The notes under the pieces were generated by a model, which searched no databases, was not told where the DNA came from, and saw only the letters and a program-made list of their open reading frames with translations. A program made the position numbers and the translations under genes. Of a DNA stretch of 64,000 bases, positions 43,800-58,372 are shown piece after piece. The number at the start of each line of letters is the position of its first letter. Position 1 is the first letter of the stretch. This DNA comes from Octopus vulgaris (Eukaryota), in the NCBI GenBank assembly GCA_951406725.2, contig OX597840.1:28024001-28088000 (forward strand). Reading direction: 5' to 3'.

Positions 43800-44228
43800 C
43801 AGTGGAAAGCCTCCGAGCAGAGTGACTCGGACTCCGTATCAAAGTTTTGTCTGACGCGTTCCACATATTCCATGGTCTGTACCGTTCGTGGTGCCCCCCA
43901 CCGGTCTCCTATTCATTAGTGTACCTCGTGTACGAAGTGCATTCACTCTGTGTAACATTGTGTTACGAGTGGGAACAGCCTGATTTGGGATGTCTGTTGA
44001 AGTGGTGTCGAAATTCACGCTGAACTGATGAAACGGACTCGCTATTCTTCACGTAACTGTCGTAGGCAAACACGCGATGCTCTATGGTCCATAGTGCCAT
44101 GGCTTCACCTGAAAAGAAAAAAATACTAAGACACTACAGACTAAATGGTACCTGCCGGACATATGTCCCTCCCTCTGGGGATGAGTAATAGCTATTCCAA
44201 AAACGTCCCTCCTTTCTGCCCCACATTG
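43800..44228 (-). mobile_element. 5' part of a Tc1/mariner-superfamily element with a DUF4817-like N-terminal HTH (rosa/DD41D-like)
   Basis: TA|CAATGTGGGGCAGAAAG terminus at 44228; ATG at 44100 gives MALWTIEHRVFAYDSYVKNSESVSSVQREFRHHFN, frameshift, NQAVPTRNTMLHRVNALRTRGTL; truncated. Confidence 0.75.
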
Positions 44229-44244
44229 TATATATATATATATA

Positions 44245-44650
44245 TTCTCTTTACTCTGTTTTACTCTTTTACTTGTTTCAGTCATTTGACTGCGGCCATG
44301 CTGGAGCACCGCCTTTAGTCGAGCAACTCGACCCCGGGACTTATTCTTTTTGTAAGCCCAGTACTTATTCTATCGGTCTCTTTTTGCCGAACCGCTAAGT
44401 GACGGGGACGTAAACACACCAGCATCGGTTGTCAAGCAATGCTAGGGGAACAAACACGGACACACAAACACACACACATACATATATATATATACATATA
44501 TACGACAGGCTTCTTTCAGTTTCCGTCTACCAAATCCACTCACAAGGCATTGGTCGGCCCGGGGCTATAGCAGAAGACACTTGCCCAAGATGCCACGCAG
44601 TGGGATTGAACCCGGAACCATGTGGTTGGTTAGCAAGCTACTTACCACAC
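44245..44650 (-). mobile_element. SINE family B
   Basis: Near full-length. Confidence 0.9.
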
Positions 44651-45000
44651 AAAAATACAAAACGGGACAAGAACGCAAAACACTCAAATAGACGACACAA
44701 AAAACGGACGGGTCATTCGAAGCCTCCAATTTTCAGTCAAGAACCGGATCATCCTCGCAATTTCGGCTGATTAATCTTGAGATCGCTCCGATCCGGCCAG
44801 CCCCAAGGAAAAACTGAGCTACAAGCATTAGATTTCTTGGAAAAAGGATCGAATGTATACGAAACATGGACAGAAAAACGGACGATGGAAAAACGAATAT
44901 AAATACAAAAAACTTTAATAGTAATAACAGGACAAAAACAGCGGGTGTCTTACGACTTTAGACAGTTCAACTTAGCTTAACTGGCGTATTTGGAAAATAA
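44651..45000. repeat. Unclassified interspersed repeat, possibly Penelope-like; partial second copy at 45492-45614
   Basis: gggacaagaacgca...cattcgaagcc...ttcagtcaagaaccggatcatc...aatttcggctg occurs twice. Confidence 0.6.
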
Positions 45001-45278
45001 TGCCTTTACGGCAGACGAAGAAATCAATATGTGTATGTGTGTGTGGTTATAATTACGAGTCAGTACATAAATGCCAAGCAAGGTGAGAAAATATGGTACT
45101 CGAATACCGGAGGTAGAGTAGTATGTACTTTTTTATCATTAAAGCTGAAAAAACATCACAGAACGAAATCTGGTACTCAGCGTTTCACGTTCCCGTTCGT
45201 CGGGTAGTAGGGATCAAGAATCTTGATGACAGCTAATGCTTTTGAAGCTTTAGTAACACAAACGTATAGATAGGTAGA

Positions 45279-45367
<89 letters not shown>

Positions 45368-45437
45368 GGGTAAATAGACAGATATATATATAGATAGATA
45401 GAGAGAGAGAGAGATAGATATATATTTAGACAGACAG

Positions 45438-45483
<46 letters not shown>

Positions 45484-45752
45484 GATAAGTAAAAAAAAAT
45501 ACAAACTGGGACAAGAACGCATAACATTTAGAAAACGATACAACAAACACAGACGGGACATTCGAAGCCCTCAGTCTTCAGTCAAGAACCGGATCATCGT
45601 AGTAATTTCGGCTGTCTGTCTGTCTGTCTGTCGTTTTTTCCGTCCGTCTGATTGTCTATCTGTCAGTCTGCTATCTGTCTGTCTATCTCTCTATTAGCTT
45701 TTTCTTTCTTTCTTTCTCCCTTTCTTTCTTTCTTTCTATCAATCAATCTCTG

Positions 45753-45841
<89 letters not shown>

Positions 45842-45850
45842 ATCTATCTA

Positions 45851-45902
<52 letters not shown>

Positions 45903-45915
45903 TAGATAGATAGAT

Positions 45916-46161
<246 letters not shown>

Positions 46162-46201
46162 ATTGATTGATAGAACGAAAGAAAGAAAGAAAGAAAGAAA
46201 A

Positions 46202-46232
<31 letters not shown>

Positions 46233-46929
46233 CATGAAATTAAGAAAAAAGAAAGAAAGAAAGAAAGAAAAAAGAAAGAAAGAAAGACAAAAGAAAGAAA
46301 AAAGAAAGAAAGAAATACAGATAGATAGACAGACAGACAGCAGACCGACAGATAGACAATCAGACAGACGGAAAAAAAAAGACAGACAGACAGACAGATA
46401 CCTGCGTGCATTCTCCCATTTAAGCTCAGACTCGCTCAAACATGCACACCCACATCCATAAACACACCCACACACAAACACACACACACACACACACATG
46501 CAAACACAAACACACAATATCGACAATGAGAATCTATTGATTTCATTTCGGTTGGCGTTGTTATCTTGCTAATGGTTAATATTCCGCTATTTCTCTAAGT
46601 ACTTAATGGTCATTCTATTAAGCTAAAATAATAACCTTTGAACTAAGATTTCTATTGCTTCCAACATTTCCCGCCTCTTTTACCGATTCCTCTGCTTCGT
46701 TCAACATTTTAGACGCTACTTTACATAATCGTCTACTACGGCTTGTCAAAGAACGGACATGGCACTAAATATATATATATATATATATATTATATTTATA
46801 TTTTCGTTCTTGGAAAATTCTTGCAGCTTACCAATTTTGAATTTTAAACGTTTCTTTGTCTGATGTTGTTGTTGTTGTTATTGTTCACGTTACATATATG
46901 ATGTTGATAATAATAATTCTTTTTTTTTT

Positions 46930-47384
46930 TAAATATTTGTTTCAGTCATTGGACTGCGGCCATGCTGGAGCATCGAATAAATCGGCCCGCAGGACTTACT
47001 CTTTGGTAAGCCTAGTACTTATTCTATCGGTCTCTTTTGCCGAACCGCTAGTTTACGGGGACGTAGACACGCCACCATCGGTTGTCAAACTTTGGTGGGG
47101 GGACAAACACAGACACATGCACACACACGCATATATATATATATATATATTTATACGACGGGCTTCTTTCAGTTTCCCTCTACCAAATCCACTCACAAAG
47201 TCGGCCCGAGGGTATAGTAGAAGACACTTGCCCGGCTGTGTGGTAAGTAGCTTGCTAACCGACCACATGGTTCCGGGTTCAGTCTCACTGCGTGGCATCT
47301 TGGGCAAGTGTCTTCTGCTATAGCCTCGGGCCGATCAATGCCTTGTGAGTGGTTTTGGTAGACGGAAACTGAAAGAAGCCTGTC

Positions 47385-47457
<73 letters not shown>

Positions 47458-47769
47458 TAGATAGATAGATAGATAGATATATGTGTGTGTGTGTGTATGT
47501 GTGTGCGTGTGTGTTTGTCCCCCTAGCATTGCTTGACAACCGATGCTGGTCTGTTTACGTCCCCGTCACTTAGCGGTTCGGCAAAAGAGACCGATAGAAT
47601 AAGTACTGGGCTTACAAAGAATAAGTCCCGGGGCCGATTTGCTCGACTAAAGGCGGTGCTCCAGCATGGCCGCATTCAAATGACTGAAACAAGTAAAAGA
47701 GTAAGGTGATATGCAGTGGGACTGAACCCGGAACCATGTGGTTGGTAAGCAAGCTACTTACCACACAGC
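46930..47769 (-). mobile_element. SINE family B host copy split by an opposite-strand copy of the same family
   Basis: acacttgccc|insert|aaggtg...gcagtgggactgaacccgg. Confidence 0.85.
47234..47702 (+). mobile_element. SINE family B nested insertion, no evident TSD
   Basis: Runs from ggctgtgtggtaag to gaaacaagtaaaagagt. Confidence 0.9.
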
Positions 47770-47794
47770 TACTTACAATAATAACAATAATAAC

Positions 47795-47915
47795 GATCCT
47801 TTCGGCTATAGGCACAAGGCCTGAAATTTGCGGGAGAGGGATAGTTGATTGCATCGACCCCCGTACAAAACTCGGCGGAATTTGAACTCAGAACATAAAG
47901 ACGGACGAAATACGC
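47795..47915 (-). mobile_element. SINE family A, internally deleted
   Basis: Tail and B-box segments present. Confidence 0.75.
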
Positions 47916-48227
47916 TGATTAGTTGAGATTATCCGAGTGGTTAGTTGACATAAACTCCCTGAAAAGAAAAAACAGTTTAGAAACCGTTTAGTAAAAGAGA
48001 TAAATCACGTTAAAGTCGACTGATCGATTATTTTTGATGGACATCATCGACAGTGGTTGTTAGTATGGATCTGATCTTGAAAGACAATCGGCAAAAAGAA
48101 GTAACGAAATATGCAGTGATAATGATGATGATGATGATGATGATGTGGAGGAGGAGGGGTTGTAGAAGAAGGAAGAGGAGGAGGATGTTTATGACAACGA
48201 TGATAATGATGGAGATAAAGATGAAGA

Positions 48228-48257
48228 CTATTATTATTACTATCATTATTATTATGA

Positions 48258-48300
<43 letters not shown>

Positions 48301-48349
48301 GATTATTATTATTATTATCATTACTATTATTATTATTATTATTATTATG

Positions 48350-48381
<32 letters not shown>

Positions 48382-48389
48382 TATTATGA

Positions 48390-48441
<52 letters not shown>

Positions 48442-48520
48442 TATTATGATTGTTATTATTATTATTATTATGATTATTATTATTATTATCATTACTATTA
48501 TTATTATTATTATTATTATG

Positions 48521-48552
<32 letters not shown>

Positions 48553-48560
48553 TATTATGA

Positions 48561-48612
<52 letters not shown>

Positions 48613-48710
48613 TATTATGATTGTTATTATTATTATTATTATTATTACTATTATTATTATTATTATGATTATTATTATTATTATCATTACTATTATTATT
48701 ATTATGATTG

Positions 48711-48744
<34 letters not shown>

Positions 48745-48752
48745 TATTATGA

Positions 48753-48828
<76 letters not shown>

Positions 48829-48862
48829 TATTATTATTATTACTACTATTATTATTATTATG

Positions 48863-48918
<56 letters not shown>

Positions 48919-48926
48919 TATTATGA

Positions 48927-48996
<70 letters not shown>

Positions 48997-48999
48997 CAT
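48228..48999. repeat. (ATT)n with higher-order periodicity
   Basis: actatcattattattatgattgtt interruption recurs about nine times. Confidence 0.95.
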
Positions 49000-49270
49000 T
49001 CTGCTTAACTTTTGCTTTACATTTGTACAAGTTGGCTCCAAGTCTCACCAAGAGACGTCAAGAGACAAGAATGTGAAATTCATGTTGGTGTTATGCCTAG
49101 GGTGCCATATATTTGGTTTTTACATATAATGTTGTTCTAGAGAATGTTTAAGAAACCATAAGAAAATTATGAGTTTGCTTTCAAATTTGAGATTACATGC
49201 AATGTATTTAGGATATGGGCAATTCCCATGAGTATTATCTTTTGAATTTCTGCCATTTTGGGGTTTCCTG

Positions 49271-49386
<116 letters not shown>

Positions 49387-49390
49387 TATT

Positions 49391-49443
<53 letters not shown>

Positions 49444-49464
49444 TATCATCATCATTATCATTTA

Positions 49465-49672
49465 AGATAGCGAGCTAGCAGAATAGTTAGGACGCCGGGC
49501 GGAATGCTTAGCGGTATTTCGCTAGGTTCCGAGTTCAAATTCTGCCGTGGTCGACTTTGCCTTTCATCCTCTCGGGGTCGATAAATTAAGTACCAGTTGA
49601 ACACTGGGGTCGATGCAATCGACTCATCCCTTCCTCCAAGATGACCTACCCTTGAGGCAAAATTTGAAACTA
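49465..49672 (+). mobile_element. SINE family A
   Basis: Head, B-box and core; followed by (ATT)n. Confidence 0.85.
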
Positions 49673-49690
49673 TATTTATTATTATTATTA

Positions 49691-49730
<40 letters not shown>

Positions 49731-49741
49731 GATCATTATTA

Positions 49742-49788
<47 letters not shown>

Positions 49789-50200
49789 GAGTGAGCGAGC
49801 AGAGCATGCCATCAAAGTGACACGGGGGTAAAATATACGAAGCCCAGTATACCCATCATGACTACCCGTCTGATAAGGGTACACCAGGCACATGCATCAC
49901 AACCATATGTGCGCGACATGGTGATCTCATATCAAGATAAACAGCACATGACCTTGCAGGTGGAGCCCAGTTAGAATTTTCTTCAGATTGAGTAGCCCAT
50001 CCCGCTCAAAAGGTCCCTGAATAAGGGTTGTTTAAGGATGTTGAAAGAACCACCCATGTTTCCAGAGGTGAATTATTCAAACTCCAAACAATCCCTCTCA
50101 ACACATGGCTATGATGCTCCCCCACTACTTCTGCTCGTGATCAGAGATGCACATATGGTCAGCCACTAAGGGACATGCTCAACTGGTTAAGGTCAAACAA
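49789..50200 (-). mobile_element. Probable retroposon 3' region ending in a (TAA)n tract, family unassigned
   Basis: Non-repetitive block of higher GC with a sharp edge against (ATT)n; resembles an abundant octopus repeat from memory only. Confidence 0.4.
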
Positions 50201-50618
50201 CTAAGTACCAGTTGTGTTTTGGGGTCGTAGTAAGCGACTATCCCCCACCTTCAAAATTTCAGATCAGGTGCCTATAGCAGAAACAATTATTATTATAGTT
50301 CTGTTTTTATTATTATTATTATTATTAATGATATTTTGACGATGGCTGATTTGTGACGAATGGGATGACGATCGCGAGGAAGATGGCGGGGGCGCGGCAG
50401 AGGTGTAGCAGGAGAAAGGGAGCGTGAGAGAGATGGAGAGAAGGAAGAGGAAAAAGTGGAGGAGGAGGAGGAGGAGGAGAGATACTGCCAACCAAAGCCA
50501 GCGCGATGATAATAATGAGGACGTCTTGGAAAATTAAAATTCCAATTTAAATTTCCTTGGCATCAACTTTAATGACGAACGAAATATTAATAATAACAGT
50601 AGTAGCAGTAGTAGTAGC

Positions 50619-50676
<58 letters not shown>

Positions 50677-50797
50677 ACAATAATAATAATAGTAATAGTT
50701 ATAATTATTATTATCATTATTATCATTATTATTATTATTATTATCATTATTATTATTATTATCATTATTGTTATTATTATTATCATTATTATTATTA

Positions 50798-50841
<44 letters not shown>

Positions 50842-50861
50842 AATAATAATAATAATAATAA

Positions 50862-50914
<53 letters not shown>

Positions 50915-50959
50915 AAGGCGAAAGATCATCAAACACTAATTATTATTATTATTATTATT

Positions 50960-50993
<34 letters not shown>

Positions 50994-51070
50994 CATTATT
51001 ATTATCATGCTCAATTCGCAATGGCCGGCCCTTGACAACGGTGCAACCACGACAAGCTTACTGTCCTCTA

Positions 51071-51101
<31 letters not shown>

Positions 51102-51301
51102 CATTGTTATTATTATTATTATTATCATTATTGTTATTATTATTATCATTATTATTATTATCATTATTATTATTATTATTATTACGATCTTTTATTCTTC
51201 TATTAATTCCACGCTTTCTTCTTGTTCAGTGCCGTTCTGTCTGTCTATATATCTTTGTCTGTCTGTCTTTGTCACTTTGTTCCTTTCTTTCTTCCTTCCC
51301 T

Positions 51302-51345
<44 letters not shown>

Positions 51346-51606
51346 ACTTTCTTTCTTTCTTTCTTTCGCCCTCTCTCTCTCTCTTTCTTTTTCGCTTTGC
51401 CTTTCTGTTTCCTCTCTCTTTCTATCTTTCTCTTTTTAACCGTCGTTGGACATCTTTGCGACAATATGTGTGTGTATGTATGCATATATATGTATGCGCG
51501 TATGTATGCACGTATGCATGTATGTACGAACGTATGTATGCATGTTCGTACGTACGTACGTACGCATGTATGTATGAATGTACGAATGTATGTATGTATG
51601 TACGTA

Positions 51607-51670
<64 letters not shown>

Positions 51671-51912
51671 TATATGTATGTATATATATGAATGAATGTA
51701 TGTATGCATTTATGCTTGTATTTGTGCATGTGTGAACGCTTGTGTGTATACAAAGAGAGAAAGAGAGAGAGAGATGTATATCCATATATATGCAAACATA
51801 TACATGTATATATGTATTAATATCTATCTATCTATCAATATATATATATATATACGCACTTATAATGTACGAACGAAATATTAATAATAACAGTAGTAGC
51901 AGTAGTAGTAGC

Positions 51913-51970
<58 letters not shown>

Positions 51971-52064
51971 ACATGCATAATGTATATATATATGTATATA
52001 TATCTATCTATTATTATGTATACACATATAAACATATATACGAAATAATAATAATTATAATAAT

Positions 52065-52137
<73 letters not shown>

Positions 52138-52884
52138 TATATATGTATGTATATACAGTATATACACACGCAATTTATATACATGTACACACACAGACAG
52201 CACTCTATATTTCCCCACTCTTTTGCTAAATATAATTCTGTTTGTCTGTCTGTCTGTCTCTTGGTGTCTTACTATCGACACCATTCCTTACTCTCTCTCC
52301 CTCACTGTCTCTCTCTCTCTCTCTCTCTTTCCTCTTTCTCAGATACAAGACTGTCTCGTTTCTTGCTCTCTTTCTAACCCCTCTTCTTTTTCACACACTC
52401 TCTACCATTCCCTCCAACACTCCTCCTCTCTCTCTCTCTATTTCTACTCCCTCTCTCTCTCTCTCTGTCTTCGCCAACTGGTTTCCAGCGTTTTTCTTTT
52501 TTTTTTCCTTCTTCTTTTTCCTCTCTGTCTTCGCATAGCCATTCACTGAGCAAGTATGTTTGGAATCTCCTTCAACTTCTGAAGATGCGTGCGAACCGAC
52601 ATCTGATCTTTGGTGAGGACGATGCGCCGGTTTTTAAGAGGTGATATTAATGATGTCTGAATTGTGATGAGCAAGGCTCTCTTTAATAATGATTAGTTTA
52701 GTGGTAATATAGGGGTAGATGGGCGGTGGAGTGAAGGCGGAGAGGAAAGGGGGAATCGGTGGGAGGGAAAACAAAATGGCTATGGGAGACGAACGATGGA
52801 TCTCAAATGTATGAGAGTATATAAATATATATACATATATATATGTATATATATGTGTATATATATACATATATATACATATAT

Positions 52885-52990
<106 letters not shown>

Positions 52991-53118
52991 GCACGTAGAT
53001 GCATATGCGTATACACATGCAGAAATATATACAGATGTACACATGCATATATAAAAATATTGTTCATAGATATGCACATGTCCATAAGTGCAAGTGCATA
53101 CGTGTAATAATATATATG

Positions 53119-53192
<74 letters not shown>

Positions 53193-53211
53193 CGGATACA
53201 TGCAGTTGTAA

Positions 53212-53243
<32 letters not shown>

Positions 53244-53269
53244 TTATATAATTATAAAAAATCATGAAT

Positions 53270-53320
<51 letters not shown>

Positions 53321-53595
53321 TCCCAAAATACTATATGCGTTATAGAAATCCATCGCATGGCGATCAAAATGTATAAACAGAGACATGTTATTCGAACTGC
53401 TCATTGACTGAGAGAGACAAACAGACAGACAGACAGGCAGACAGCTAGTGGTGTTTCCATTCCACCAGCGTTCGTCAGAAATCTCCCGCCCCCCCCACTC
53501 TATAACACGCTGTCCGTTCTTGCCACTCGAGAACAACGCAGCCCTGAGAAAGTTTGATGCGGCAAAGGATGGATGTGCATGTATGAATGTATGTA

Positions 53596-53679
<84 letters not shown>

Positions 53680-53853
53680 TGTATGTATGCATGTATGTAT
53701 GCATCTATCTATCTATCTATCTGTCTCTATCTATTTATATATATACATATATACGCATATGTTCGGATATATATGTACGTATATGTACGTATATATATAT
53801 ATATATATGTATATACTTATATATATATATATATACTTATGTGCCTATATATA

Positions 53854-53893
<40 letters not shown>

Positions 53894-53963
53894 TGTATGT
53901 ATATATATATTTGTATATTTATGCATGTATATATATATATGTATATATATATGTATATATATG

Positions 53964-54021
<58 letters not shown>

Positions 54022-54024
<3 letters not shown>

Positions 54025-54200
54025 AGAGTTTACGAAAAATCAAAAGACAAAGACAGGTGGTGTACAAAACAAACAGATGTATTAGTATAACGCTCAGGAA
54101 TAGAAAAAGTCTTTTACGTTTCGAGCCTACGCTCTTCTACAGAAAGGGACACAGAAAAAACAAGGAGAGAAACAAGGAGAGAAAAAAGGAGAGAAAAGAA
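54022..54200 (-). mobile_element. Short Penelope-like repeat with variant hammerhead (54111-54146)
   Basis: Minus strand CTTT-CTGTAGA-A-GAGCgtagGCTC-GAAAC-GTA-AAAG; 3' end abuts (TA)n. Confidence 0.7.
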
Positions 54201-54499
54201 AGTGTGCGTGCGTGTGTGTAAGCGTTTATATATATGAATAAATGGATGGCTGTTCTCTTTTTCATTTATTTAGGGTAAATTTTGACGTGTGTCTCACTTG
54301 GTAGCGGGGTTGTGAAGGTAAGTGTCTTGGTATAACAGCCATCCCTTAAATCTTAAGAAGGTCTAGCAGGTTTTCGTAGCCCCAGATATCGCGATCATTT
54401 GCAGTGTATATATTAAGGATTTGCATTCTTTCCCTAAGAACCCAAGTTCAGCTATACTTTGCTCCAGATGCGGCGGTATGTATCCTGTTGCTCCAGTAA

Positions 54500-55088
54500 C
54501 CCTTTCTCTTATAAGCACATGACCTGAAATTTTTGGGGAGGAGATGAGTCGATTTCATCGACCCCTAGTGTTTCACTGGTACTTAATTCATCGACCCCGA
54601 AATGATGACAGGTATAGTCGACCTCAGCGGTATTTGAACTCAGAACGTGAAGACAGACGCACTTCGTCCAGCGTGCTAAAAAGTCTTTTTCTCCTCTAGG
54701 CTCAAGACCCGAAACTTTTTGGAGGAGAGGGGGCTAGTCGATTAGATCGACCTCAGTACTCAACTGGTACTTAATTTCTCGACACCCCAAAAGGATGAAA
54801 GTCAAAGTCGCCCCCAGCGGCATTAGAAGCCAGAACGTGAAAACAGTCGAAATATCTATTTCTTTACTACCCTCAAGGGGCTAAACACAGAGAGGACAAA
54901 CAAGGACAGACAAACGGATTAAGTCGATTATAACGACCCCGGTGCGTAACTGGTACTTAATTTATCGACCCCAAAAGGATGAAAGGCAAAGTCGACCTCG
55001 GCGGAATTTGAACTCAGAACATGAAAACAGTCGAAATATCGCTAAGCATTTCGTCCGGCGTGCTAACGTTTCTGCCAGCTACCGCCTT
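54500..55088 (-). mobile_element. Cluster or concatemer of SINE family A copies
   Basis: Three core segments; junction gaaatatctatttcttt at about 54850. Confidence 0.85.
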
Positions 55089-55990
55089 CTGTTGCTCCAA
55101 TAATAATAGGTATGATGCTAAAAGTGTATCTTAGGTACTGGATTTCCAAACTCGTTATCAATGTTCCATAGATGTCCTCCTTCTCTTGTATTTTTCTAAC
55201 CACATTTGTGTCCAGAGGGCAGCTGATTTCCACAACAGAACATATCTTTTCTTTGTGGTCCCATGGGGCTAAAAAACAGAGAAGACAAACAAGAACAGAC
55301 AGATGGATTAAGTCGATTACATCGACCCCAGTGCGTAACTGGTACTTATTTAATCGACCCCGAAAGGATGAAAGGCAATGTCGACCTCGGCGGAATTTGA
55401 ACTCAGAACGTAGCGGCACACGAAATACCTATTTCTTTACTACCCACAAGGGGCTAAACACAGAGAGGACAAACAAAAACAGACAGATGGATTAAGTCGA
55501 TTACATCGACCCCAGTGCGTAACTGGTACTTATTTAATCGACCCCGAAAGGATGAAAGGCAATGTCGACCTCGGCGGAATTTGAACTCAGAACGGAGCGG
55601 CAGATGAAATACATATTTCTAGAAGAAATACCACAAAGCATTTTGCCCGGCGTGCTAACGTTTCTGCAAGCTCGTCGCCCTACATCTCCATTGATGTTGA
55701 GGTTTCCTGTAACACTGAACAGTTTGGGAGTTCGAACATCTTACTCATTGAGTTCTTGTTGTGACCAGTCCAGAAAACCAGAAGACGGACACAGCAAAGG
55801 TGTTGTGTGCAATATGCTTTGTATAAGCTGAGTGTCCTGATAACCATATTCTCTTCATTCTCCCGAGTTATATATTTCTCGTCTTCTCCTTATTTCTGGG
55901 GTCTGTCATATTGGACTGTCATTCTTAGATTGTCTAAGATACCTTTAAATTGTCACCTGACTGTTGAGGTTGTCTCATTAAGTCGTTCAT
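55089..55990 (-). pseudogene. R4/Dong-like LINE fragments flanking a SINE insertion
   Basis: 55680-55860 reads AYTKHIAHNTFAV...GFLDWSQQELNE*DVRTPKLFSVTGNLNINGDV (post-RT region); 55089-55255 reads KICSVVEISCPLDTNVVRKIQEKEDIYGTL...IIPIIIGA (RLE C-terminus). Confidence 0.75.
55258..55680 (-). mobile_element. SINE family A dimer
   Basis: Two bodies joined at gaaatacctatttcttt (about 55422-55438). Confidence 0.9.
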
Positions 55991-56191
55991 TTTAGGTTTT
56001 CAAAGAAAGACACACCTTTTACACATATTTTTTTTAAATGCACATTTGAACTCACCAACTTTCATGCCAATGCCTGTGGAAAATTCGTAATGAGGTATGT
56101 ATGCATATGTGTATGTTTGTTTGTATGTTTATATGTATGTATGTATATATGTATATATGTATGTATGTGTGTATCTATGTATATATGTATG

Positions 56192-56254
<63 letters not shown>

Positions 56255-56256
<2 letters not shown>

Positions 56257-56389
56257 ACGGGCTTCTTTCAGCTTCCGTGTACCTAATCCACTCACAAGGC
56301 CTTGGTCGGCACGAGGCTATAGTAGAAGACACTTGCCCAACGTTTAGTGCAGTGGATCTGAACCCGGAACCATGTGGTTCGTAAGCAAG

Positions 56390-56390
<1 letters not shown>
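56255..56390 (-). mobile_element. SINE family B 5' module
   Basis: Head and CORE-like segment between (TA)n tracts. Confidence 0.85.
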
Positions 56391-56486
<96 letters not shown>

Positions 56487-57147
56487 AAAATCTGTTTACT
56501 CTTAGCTGAAGGAGGCGTGGATGAAAGACTGTATAGCTGTATAGGAGTCAAAGATAATTTTACAAGAAATAGTATATTTTTAGAGGTTTTATGTTCAATG
56601 AATTAAAACTCTACCATCTTCAGTAATTCAGAAACCCATATATACTCTCATATGTACATGAATATATATATATATATGTCTGTAAGTAAGTATGTTTGTG
56701 AGTTTCGAATTGTATTTAGTTCTTTAAAACCGACCAATTCCCTATTTTAATGTTAATTTTGACGTTCTCTCTTGCGCAAAGCCGTATAATAACAATAAAA
56801 AGAAGTGTTAGCAAGCACCGCATCTCAGAATCGTGTGTGACTCTATCTCTCAAAATCTCCATTTTCTTAATGGACATTCACAATGAGTATAATGTTATAG
56901 CTTCAGCAGCTTTAGAAATATGAAATTGTTTAAACCTTTTGTATTTCCAAACATATACTAACGAATTGAACGCATACTTCTGATGCATTAGTGCCGTCTC
57001 AATGAAGTTTTCGATTTAATCTGCTTAGTCAATCTAGATAACTTTCACGCTTTGTATTACTCTTAATACAAAGTTAATCAGGGTACCTAGTAAAACGTAC
57101 CTTATACATTTTCTAAAATTCTAGTATTTACTCCAATAATCGAATTA

Positions 57148-57955
57148 TCGTAATCCCGCGACTATCGGGAGTGTTACGTTCCAAAACAGCACCGTGTTAG
57201 GTGAAAATCTGCAACGTAGAAACAGTACTGTACTATATATTTATTATTATTATTTTTGTAATTTGTATATATTTATTTCATTATAAATGCAAAACAAAAC
57301 CTCGGAGGAATGGATGTAAGCTTGAACGATAAACCGCGATAGGTGAACCGTGATAGGTGAACAGTACTGTACTATATATTTATTATTATTATTTTTGTAA
57401 TTTGTATATATTTATTTTATTATAAATGCAAAACAACACCACGGAGGAATTGATGTAAGCTTGAACGATAAACAGCGATAGGCGAACCGCGATAGGTGAA
57501 CCGCGATAGGCGAACTGCGATAGGTTAACGACGAGAGGTGAACTGCGATAGGCGAACCGCGATAGGCGAACCGGGATAGGTGAACCGAGATAGGCGAACC
57601 GCGATAGGCGAACTGCGATAGGCGAACTGCGATAGGCCAACCGCGATAGGTGAACCGCAATAGGTGAACTGCGATAGGCGAACCGCGAGAGGTGAACTGC
57701 GATAGGCCAACCGCGATAGGTGAACCGCAATAGGTGAACTGCGATAGGCGAACCGCGAGAGGTGAACCACGACAGGCGAATCGCGATATGTCGAGGGATT
57801 ACTCTACTTAAGTCGCGAATCATTCAGTACCAAATTATATCATATAATCGAATCGATGCAAGCTTGAACGATAAACTGCGATAGGCGAACCGCGATAGGT
57901 GAACCGCGATAAATGAACTGCGATAGGCGAGCCGCGATATGGCGAGGGATTACTG
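57148..57955. mobile_element. pogo/Tigger-like MITE with expanded 14-bp minisatellite and duplicated right end
   Basis: gtaatcccgcg ... cgagggattactg|ta termini; (gcgataggYgaacY) about 22 times at 57475-57790. Confidence 0.85.
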
Positions 57956-58334
57956 TACTGAAGTCGCGAATCATTCAGTACCAAAATATATCATATAATC
58001 GAATCATGTTTTATCACGTACCAGCAAATTAATATTGTTTGTGCAGCTCAAACACTCCTCTCCATACACTTTCTGCATTTTCGCGTCGGCCTCTGAGCAG
58101 GTATCACCATGACAACTTTCTGTGTCATGGTCAGTACGACGATCACACGCTACACATCTTCCTTCCAAGCACTGCTGTAACCAGCGAAAGTGTACTAGAC
58201 ACATCAAACCTTAATACGCATGCACAGCAGAGGTCACGATCGATCTGTGCCAAGCGGCTTTACTCTGCGTCTTTTAGATTCGTTACTATGGCAACAATGC
58301 GGATTCTTATTTTGACCAGACATCGTATGCATAC

Positions 58335-58372
<38 letters not shown>

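Noticed and set aside
57475-57790. CRISPR array or repeat-protein ORF (57389-57823)
   Set aside because: 14-bp head-to-tail minisatellite inside a MITE; the peptide periodicity simply reflects three units
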